Shown: positions 45,924 to 52,370 of the stretch, piece by piece
How the letters are laid out: every line of letters begins with the position of its first letter
Position numbering within the stretch: the stretch's first letter is position 1
NCBI GenBank assembly: GCA_016182495.1
Contig: JACPGK010000019.1
Span: 1 to 63,545 of the forward strand
DNA length: 63,545 bases
Reading direction: 5' to 3'
Source: Candidatus Kerfeldbacteria bacterium
GTDB lineage: Bacteria > Patescibacteriota > Patescibacteriia > UBA9570
The notes under the pieces: generated by a model
The model's database searches: none
What the model was told of the DNA's origin: nothing
The model's input: the letters and a program-made list of their open reading frames with translations, nothing else
Translations under genes and position numbers: made by a program

Positions 45924-46991
45924 TTATTTTATCGTAATCATAGTGACTGCACTCTCGATCATTTTACCATTGCGGCGATATTTTACTTTATAGCTAGCGG
46001 TTTTACGTGCTGTATAGGCTTGATCAAAATAGCCATCATGTTCCGTGGTTACCGTATTTACTTTGGTATACGTTTTTTCGCCAGTTTGTTTGCGCCAGAT
46101 AGCGATCGTTTGGTTCCGTTGACCGTTTTTTAGCCAGCCATACAAGCGAAATTGTTTACCGTGTTTGAGTTTAGTTTTATTGGCTGCCAAACTAATAGGT
46201 AACTGCTTTTGCACAGTGAGTGTTTTGGTAACCGTCTTGCTGCTGGCAGTTGGTGTAGTTGTCACCGTTTCAGTGAATACAACCGACAGTTCAAATAAAG
46301 CTCCGCCATCGGTTTCGGTAATATCTAGTGAAGCTTGATTATCCCCATCAAACACCGCCATGTCGGCCCATTCCAAATCTTGGCTACTATATTCACTTAA
46401 TAAATCTTTAATACCATCGGGCATAAACACCGTCATACTCCCAGTTTCATCAATCGGGCCTGTCAGCGAAAACCCAAAGGCCGGCGTTGTTTGATTAGGT
46501 GACGGTGGAATCAATGCCCACTCTTGCACATCAGTAGATAACCAAAAACCCCTCATCTCTTCCGGCGGTCCGTCTTCACCGGCTGCAGTATCCGCTACAC
46601 CAACCAATGCCACCATAGCCACATTTTCTGGGCTATCACTGCCCGTGGGTTGTTTCATACCGGTTGGAACAAATTGTACTGTATAGGTATTGGCCACTTC
46701 ATCCCACACCGGAGGTGTATCTAAGGATAACGTAGCTCCGGGAGTGATAACCCCAGCCGGTACTTCGTCAGCTGTAAACACGGCGGTGTATTCTACGCCA
46801 TTCTCAATATCGGTTTCATCAAGAATCCAGCCAGCGATGGCTACTCGGTCTGGTAGATCACCCATCATGTCGCTAATATCCAGTTGCGGTTCAGGACTAA
46901 TACTTTGTAGCTCGGCGGTAAATGCCCAACCAGATACGGGCAACGCCAAAGCAACACTTAGTGCGAGTGCATATTTGAAGGCTTGAAACAT
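45924..46991 (-). CDS. secreted protein with basic C-terminal beta-module (hypothetical)
   Basis: 355 aa with a signal peptide (ALSVALALPVSGWA) and an acidic N-terminal half. The C-terminus ..KQFRLYGWLKNGQRNQTIAIWRKQTGEKTYTKVNTVTTEHDGYF..ASYKVKYRRNG. Confidence 0.7.
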   Translation of the reverse strand: MFQAFKYALALSVALALPVSGWAFTAELQSISPEPQLDISDMMGDLPDRVAIAGWILDETDIENGVEYTAVFTADEVPAGVITPGATLSLDTPPVWDEVANTYTVQFVPTGMKQPTGSDSPENVAMVALVGVADTAAGEDGPPEEMRGFWLSTDVQEWALIPPSPNQTTPAFGFSLTGPIDETGSMTVFMPDGIKDLLSEYSSQDLEWADMAVFDGDNQASLDITETDGGALFELSVVFTETVTTTPTASSKTVTKTLTVQKQLPISLAANKTKLKHGKQFRLYGWLKNGQRNQTIAIWRKQTGEKTYTKVNTVTTEHDGYFDQAYTARKTASYKVKYRRNGKMIESAVTMITIK

Positions 46992-47161
46992 AGACTTTAT
47001 TTTAATATTTATCAGGCTTCACGAGCCTTAATACAACTAGATACAGTATACGCTAGTTTAAGCGGTTTGGACAAGACGATGACTACACTTTCTTCAATTT
47101 TTATGCTATGCTTTGTTGCAGAAGCACATGAGGCTCGCACCTCAATTATTAAAAACAGTAT

Positions 47162-47611
47162 ATGATTAATGTGTTAGTTGGCACGCATGCCGCGCTTGGG
47201 GAAGTTGGGGCTGTAGCCTTGATATGGGCTATTGTTGAACTGCTCCGAACCACTGATCAAAATAAACGTCGGGCCACCATTGCCGCAGGAATCGCCGCCG
47301 CCGCGTTAATAGCATCCTGGGTATTTGGCGGATGGTACTATGTAAACGAATATGGATCGACAATAAAACCGATCATCAAAGCCGGCCCGTTGCCGTGGAC
47401 GCATTCCATCGTCATGGAAGTCAAAGAACATCTCTTTCTATTTTTGCCGTTCTTGGCGGTGTTAGTTGCCGCCAGCATACGCCGCGTGCAATCGTATCGG
47501 CCGGTACTGTTGCTGGCTGCTTTAGTTGTTCTCGCCATTTTTAGCATCGCCGGCATGGGATTTGTTATTTCCTCTGGCTATCGTGAAGCCTTAGAAGTTA
47601 TCGTTCAATAA
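47162..47611 (+). CDS. 4-TM membrane protein (hypothetical)
   Basis: 149 aa; hydrophobic helices. Confidence 0.6.
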   Translation: MINVLVGTHAALGEVGAVALIWAIVELLRTTDQNKRRATIAAGIAAAALIASWVFGGWYYVNEYGSTIKPIIKAGPLPWTHSIVMEVKEHLFLFLPFLAVLVAASIRRVQSYRPVLLLAALVVLAIFSIAGMGFVISSGYREALEVIVQ

Positions 47612-47612
47612 T

Positions 47613-47921
47613 ATGAATACCACTTTGAACATTCGTGCACTCTCGCACGCTACCAGCGCAACCATGGTGAGCATTACGGCGCTTACCATCTCGGCCGAGG
47701 AATATGCCGGACTGAAAAATGCATTAACAAGTGTGGGCAGCCATCATTGGATTGGTAAAGGCATCGTTGCCGTTGCCGTGTTCGTTGTTGTGACTGCAGT
47801 ATTGCAATTTGTATTGAAAAAAGAAGTGTCCGAACAAAAATCGTTATACGGTACCCTCGTTACCGCTATCGTCTGTATGCTTATTTTGCCGATTTTTTTT
47901 ATTTTTGAATATTTTAAGTAG
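47613..47921 (+). CDS. membrane protein (hypothetical)
   Basis: 102 aa; starts 1 nt after the upstream stop; 2-3 TM. Confidence 0.55.
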   Translation: MNTTLNIRALSHATSATMVSITALTISAEEYAGLKNALTSVGSHHWIGKGIVAVAVFVVVTAVLQFVLKKEVSEQKSLYGTLVTAIVCMLILPIFFIFEYFK

Positions 47922-47941
47922 ATTCGATTATTGATCGACAC

Positions 47942-48304
47942 ATGAAGCTATCACGAAAGAAAATCATTATTATTATAATTATCGGCGGTCTCCTTGTTGG
48001 CATTGGTATTGCCATAAAATTTGTGATGACCTATCTGCTGCTGCCAGAAGAAAAACAACATTTGGCTTTTTATCAACAATGTTATACTTCTGGTGGAACA
48101 GTAAAAAGTAAAAGTGGTTCACAGTGTGGCGGCAATACCTGTTGGGACCAACTACAACTGGGAGTTCAAATATGCGGATATGGTACATACTTGTACGCCG
48201 ATTGTTTTTGTGGCGAAGGACAGTGTTGGGATGATGCCGTCGGCAGATGTGTTTCAAAGGAGCAGTACGCCGAGCAATATGACGAGACGGTTTGGCAACT
48301 ATAG
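47942..48304 (+). CDS. TM-anchored Cys-rich protein (hypothetical)
   Basis: 120 aa with a poly-Ile TM anchor (KKIIIIIIIGGLLVGIGIAI) and 10 Cys in the C-terminal domain. Confidence 0.55.
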   Translation: MKLSRKKIIIIIIIGGLLVGIGIAIKFVMTYLLLPEEKQHLAFYQQCYTSGGTVKSKSGSQCGGNTCWDQLQLGVQICGYGTYLYADCFCGEGQCWDDAVGRCVSKEQYAEQYDETVWQL

Positions 48305-48316
48305 CCGTACTGTTTT

Positions 48317-49450
48317 ATGGAAAAATATAGTCGAGCAAAACAATTTATAGATGTTCAACGGGAACTGAAAGGAATAGATATTGGAGGAGTCCAGCGCAAA
48401 CCGCCTACAGAATCAGAGTCAATTCGACCTATTTCCTCTGTTGCCGCGCTGCAAGAAAAAATCCGCAAAACCAATGAGGGGTTAAAAAGAATCAATGGGC
48501 ATTCAGCCGAATATGTTGCTGCCAGCTTGGAACGGTCAGTTGAAGAAGTATTCCCGTCGGATGGTCGAACGGTATATGTTGGTGATCCATGGCAAAAATT
48601 GGATCGCAAAGGCGTGGTGATTGTTGATTATGAATTTGGTCCGGTGGTGGAATTTCAAGCGGATCGTGATGTGTATCTTGAGGTGCTCGGGTCACGCTTA
48701 CGTAGTATTGCCTGGCGAGTGTCGGAGCAAGCTGATTCACCGGCACAAATTTTTTTAAAACGCGAGTTTGCGGTTGCTGAGCAGCTGTATGAAACTGCAC
48801 GCACTCAACAACTCACAGAATATGAACGCATCAGCAATCAATTTCTTGAGTTGAAGCAGCGTATTGAACAAGAAATTGAGCGCGAGACCGACGGAAAAGA
48901 ACATGACCCATTGCATGCGCTTAATGCGACAGTGCGTGATTTGTGGTATGTAGCCGTGCAAGGAGCGCGTGCAGTAGATGTGCTGGATTGGGCAACAGAA
49001 CTGGATGAACCCTATCGCCAGTTTGCCGAGAACCTTCCGAAAAGATTATCCGAAAAAGATCGAGAAAAGAAATTGCAGGAAAAACGACGGCAACTTATTG
49101 AAAGCATTCGTTTTGAAAAAACAGCCAAGGAAGCAGAAGTAGTCCAAGCTATGTTCCCGTTTTTACCGTTTGACGACGCAACCTTCGATCGTTTTGTCGC
49201 CTTTTGGTCAATTTCGACGTATGTGTTTGAACATTTAGAAAGTGGTGAGCTCACTCGCTATTGGGAAGAAATCTATCGTCTTTTGAAACCAGGCGGCAAA
49301 GCCTATATTGCACCACTGTTTCAGAGCAATGAGTATGAACTTGATGCAACGTTGAGACAATTTGCTAAACAGCATTCTGATTTTTCGTTTTTCTATAATG
49401 ATGATGAACAGCCAAATATTCTAACACTCACAAAAGCGTATGTAGAATAG
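48317..49450 (+). CDS. hypothetical protein with methyltransferase-like C-terminal segment
   Basis: 377 aa. The C-terminus FVAFWSISTYVFEHLESGELTRYWEEIYRLLKPGGKAYIAPLF resembles the post-motif-II region of class I SAM-MTases; no clear motif I. Confidence 0.65.
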   Translation: MEKYSRAKQFIDVQRELKGIDIGGVQRKPPTESESIRPISSVAALQEKIRKTNEGLKRINGHSAEYVAASLERSVEEVFPSDGRTVYVGDPWQKLDRKGVVIVDYEFGPVVEFQADRDVYLEVLGSRLRSIAWRVSEQADSPAQIFLKREFAVAEQLYETARTQQLTEYERISNQFLELKQRIEQEIERETDGKEHDPLHALNATVRDLWYVAVQGARAVDVLDWATELDEPYRQFAENLPKRLSEKDREKKLQEKRRQLIESIRFEKTAKEAEVVQAMFPFLPFDDATFDRFVAFWSISTYVFEHLESGELTRYWEEIYRLLKPGGKAYIAPLFQSNEYELDATLRQFAKQHSDFSFFYNDDEQPNILTLTKAYVE

Positions 49451-49564
49451 AAGTTTGTGTTTGGCATTTTTTGTTTTTTATTTTGGTGTTGGAATGAGTT
49501 CAAAGTTCGCGTTCCACCAAACGTAAATTGATGAGCACAGAAAGGTATTTATTGGTGATTATTT

Positions 49565-50383
49565 TTAAGCGTCGTATTCACCAGTAATACTATATTGTTC
49601 TAAGACGTGTGTAGATAATTCCGTTAATGCTTCACTCACGGTAGAGCTGGTTAGCGTGGCGACATCTAACGCATATAAAGTAAATTGATACGTATGGGCT
49701 CCATCTTCTAGCGGGGGACAGGGACCTTCATAGTAGGTGTTACCCCATGCATTAGGCAAATTGGTTCCGCCCTCTGGATCTGTGTTTTGCAGTGCTTCAG
49801 TGGTGGTTGATGGAATATTTTTTACACTCCAATGTACAAAATCACTGGCATCGATGTCGATCATCAGCAAAAAGAAACTTTGTGTATCACTGGGGGCACT
49901 CACCCAATTTAATTCCGGTGAAACACCACCACCTGGCCCATCACAAGTAAACGTTACCGGGATATCGCCACCGTCGTTAAATGATGGGCTGGAAATAGTC
50001 ATACTCTCTTTTTCTTCACTATCAGCGGTTGCCGTTGTAAATTGCTTCAGTTGAGACCACTTTCCATTCTGCGTACCCCGTTTGGCGCGCACTTTCACAT
50101 AATAAGAAGTACTACTTTGTAAACCGGTTACTTTCTTTTTGGTCTTTGTCGTACTAAATTGATTGAGTACTGTCTTATTGTTATTCAATATCCATACTTG
50201 ATATTTTTTAGCTGATGTTACTTTGTTCCATTGTACAGTCACATCCTCGCTGTCAATATTCACCACTTGAACTTTTTTTACAGCTGGCAAACTGATTTTG
50301 GCGGAAATAGGCGTGGCAGCACTTATACACACTCCCACCGTCACCAACAAAATTAATAGCAGTTCCCTTTGTATTTTATTCAT
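49565..50383 (-). CDS. secreted FN3-domain + PEBP (YbhB/YbcL Raf-kinase-inhibitor-like) fusion protein
   Basis: 272 aa with a signal peptide and an FN3-like module (VQVVNIDSEDVTVQWNKVTSAKKYQVWIL...YYVKVRAKR). The PEBP core is FFLLMIDIDASDFVHWSVKNIP...YYEGPCPPLEDGAHTYQFTLYALD. Confidence 0.85.
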   Translation of the reverse strand: MNKIQRELLLILLVTVGVCISAATPISAKISLPAVKKVQVVNIDSEDVTVQWNKVTSAKKYQVWILNNNKTVLNQFSTTKTKKKVTGLQSSTSYYVKVRAKRGTQNGKWSQLKQFTTATADSEEKESMTISSPSFNDGGDIPVTFTCDGPGGGVSPELNWVSAPSDTQSFFLLMIDIDASDFVHWSVKNIPSTTTEALQNTDPEGGTNLPNAWGNTYYEGPCPPLEDGAHTYQFTLYALDVATLTSSTVSEALTELSTHVLEQYSITGEYDA

Positions 50384-50445
50384 ACAAGGTATTATACGAC
50401 GAATGTCTTAGATTGCCTAGTTTATTATTTGACGTAATTTCTGTT

Positions 50446-50467
50446 GGACGAAATTCGAGGATTTTTT
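50446..50467. repeat. 22-bp junction motif ggacgaaattcgaggatttttt, copy 1
   Basis: Identical 22-mer at 52057-52078. The 13-bp core ggacgaaattcga is also present inverted at 55441-55453. Confidence 0.85.
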
Positions 50468-50475
50468 ACAGAGCG

Positions 50476-50915
50476 TTAGCGCGCTTGCGTGACGAGAGGC
50501 GCGTCTACCCATGTAACCAAAGACTCGTCGTGAAGCAGTTCAACTGTTAGAGAAGAGGGTGGTGTGAAGTCTGTCGTGTTGAAGAAAATATTGAAGAGAC
50601 TTTTCGTTGTGGTTTGCAAAGTTTCCGTACCGGTGCAGCGGCCGGCAGACACACGGTCAAAAAGGTTGTACTGAAAATAGAGTCGGTCTTTTGACTTGCT
50701 GACGTTTGCGTTAAGATCCAGAGCGAGCTGATCATTGTCAAGTTCTACCTCGGATTGAGCTGTTGTCGTTGTGCGCAGGGCGCCAGCCGCGTTTGATAGA
50801 TTTCCGGGTTGCTGTTTTTGGAGCAACGTTGAAATAGCGAAAGCTCCAATGATAGCCGCAACTGGAGGATAATAATGAGCTCAATGATATTTTGATTGGC
50901 AGAAAGCGTTGCCTA
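50476..50915 (-). pseudogene. degraded type IV pilin/pseudopilin-like gene (frameshifted N-terminus)
   Basis: One frame reads ..NIIELIIIL.. (50867-50893). The adjacent frame continues VAAIIGAFAISTLLQKQQPGN.. into the 116-aa ORF, which together form a class III signal/hydrophobic helix split by a frameshift. No Met start. G+C is higher than the flanks. Confidence 0.35.
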
Positions 50916-50969
50916 TGCCAGAATTAGTAATTAAACATGTTAATGAGTTATGTAGTTTAGTATAACAAA

Positions 50970-51950
50970 CTATTTTTTCAACAATTGTAACACTAACCGC
51001 ACCATGCGTTGTTTATTTTTCGGATCACTTTCAGCAATCAGCAATGTTAGAACCGTTAACGCTGCTGGGGTTATTTTAGATGTATTGAGTAACCGAGCTT
51101 TTTTCAAAAACCAAATAAACGCATACGCCCCACTACGCTTATTACCATCCACAAACGGATGATTTTTGATCATAAAATATAACAGATGAGCTGCTTTTTC
51201 TTCAATCGTTGGATAAACCGCTTTACCACCAAACGATTGCATTACATTTCCAATAATACCTTCAATACTGCCTGTATTTTTTTCTAAAGCAAAAATATCC
51301 GTAGTCTCGCCTTTGCGGATTAACTCCTGTTTTAACAACGCTAAAGCAGTGATGAACTCGTTGGCATTCAGTTTTACAGATTTTTTGCTGGCACCAACAT
51401 CAGCTAATGCGTCTCTATCATAAGCATCCAATGAAAGCCAAGTATCAGCAAAAGTTGAAATTAATTCTAAAACGTCCCCATGAGAAATATTAGATTCCAC
51501 TGGCAATAACTGCTTGATGTTTTCTATAGCTTTTTGAAATTCTGTGTAGTTATGTTTAATGCTTGTTTTGTTGATTGTAAATCCTTTCGTGATGTGCTCA
51601 CGCAAAACTTTAGTTGCCCATTTACGAAATTCTATGGCGCGTTTAGAATTTGTACGATAGCCAAGCGCAAGAATAATATCTAAATTATAAAATTGTACTT
51701 GATAAATTTTTCCATCATTTCCAGTATGTGCAAAATTTGCACATACTGAACGTTCATCTAGTTCCTTATCTTTTAAGATATTTCTAATATGCTTAGTGAC
51801 TACCGAACGCTCAATATTAAAAATATCCGCAATCTGTGTCTGGTTTGCCCAAATCGTATCTTTCTGAACATCACCCTTCAGCTTAATCGCACCAGTTTTA
51901 GTTTGATAAATCACTACCTGATTGTTTGGGAATTTCTTTGGCTTCATATC
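50970..51950 (-). CDS. RhuM-like N-terminal domain fused to Fic/DOC domain
   Basis: From MKPKKFPNNQVVIYQTKTGAIKLKGDVQKDTIWANQTQIADIF..YNLDIILALGYRTNSKRAIEFRKWATKVL (RhuM pattern). The C-terminal Fic motif is HPFVDGNKRSG. Confidence 0.85.
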   Translation of the reverse strand, partial: DMKPKKFPNNQVVIYQTKTGAIKLKGDVQKDTIWANQTQIADIFNIERSVVTKHIRNILKDKELDERSVCANFAHTGNDGKIYQVQFYNLDIILALGYRTNSKRAIEFRKWATKVLREHITKGFTINKTSIKHNYTEFQKAIENIKQLLPVESNISHGDVLELISTFADTWLSLDAYDRDALADVGASKKSVKLNANEFITALALLKQELIRKGETTDIFALEKNTGSIEGIIGNVMQSFGGKAVYPTIEEKAAHLLYFMIKNHPFVDGNKRSGAYAFIWFLKKARLLNTSKITPAALTVLTLLIAESDPKNKQRMVRLVLQLLKK

Positions 51951-52056
51951 GATACATTGTACTCTAAAAATAGTGGCTTGACTACGATATAACTGCATCG
52001 CAAAATGCTACTAAGACTAAATTAGTTCGAAAGTCGTTTACTTGGCAGTCCTTGTC

Positions 52057-52078
52057 GGACGAAATTCGAGGATTTTTT
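52057..52078. repeat. 22-bp junction motif ggacgaaattcgaggatttttt, copy 2
   Basis: Identical to 50446-50467. Confidence 0.85.
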
Positions 52079-52099
52079 GAGAAAAATCCAGAAGGGTAA

Positions 52100-52140
52100 G
52101 CCCGGCGGAAGGAGGGGTGTGGGGAGGAATTCCGCCGGGC
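52100..52140. other. 11-bp-stem hairpin (gcccggcggaa ... ttccgccgggc) inside the left IR arm
   Basis: Perfect 11-bp stem. Its counterpart at 55362-55405 has gcgcggcggaa/ttccgccgcgc, a compensatory C:G to G:C swap. Confidence 0.6.
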
Positions 52141-52370
52141 TAGAATGCGTTTAATCTGCTTGAATCAAATATCCATCTTGCCAGGAATAGGCAAAGGGTG
52201 AATACAAAAACTGATGTGGCTGGGTTAGTGAATGCGTCGGCAATTTTAATTCTTTCACAATCGGGTGAAGTTCTTCACGATTGGAGAGAATGGTTCACTT
52301 ATGGTCTTGTAATTATAGCTATTTTATGGTAAATTTCTTCTAATGAATCTAGAAAAATATACTTATCATT

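Larger units (their letters stand above)
52045..52291. repeat. left arm of ~250-bp imperfect inverted repeat bracketing the 993-aa ORF
   Basis: The reverse complement of 52167-52291 matches 55212-55336 at 120/125. The outer parts share gcattcta, an 11-bp-stem hairpin, and the terminal gcagtcctt..cggacgaaattcga. Confidence 0.85.
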
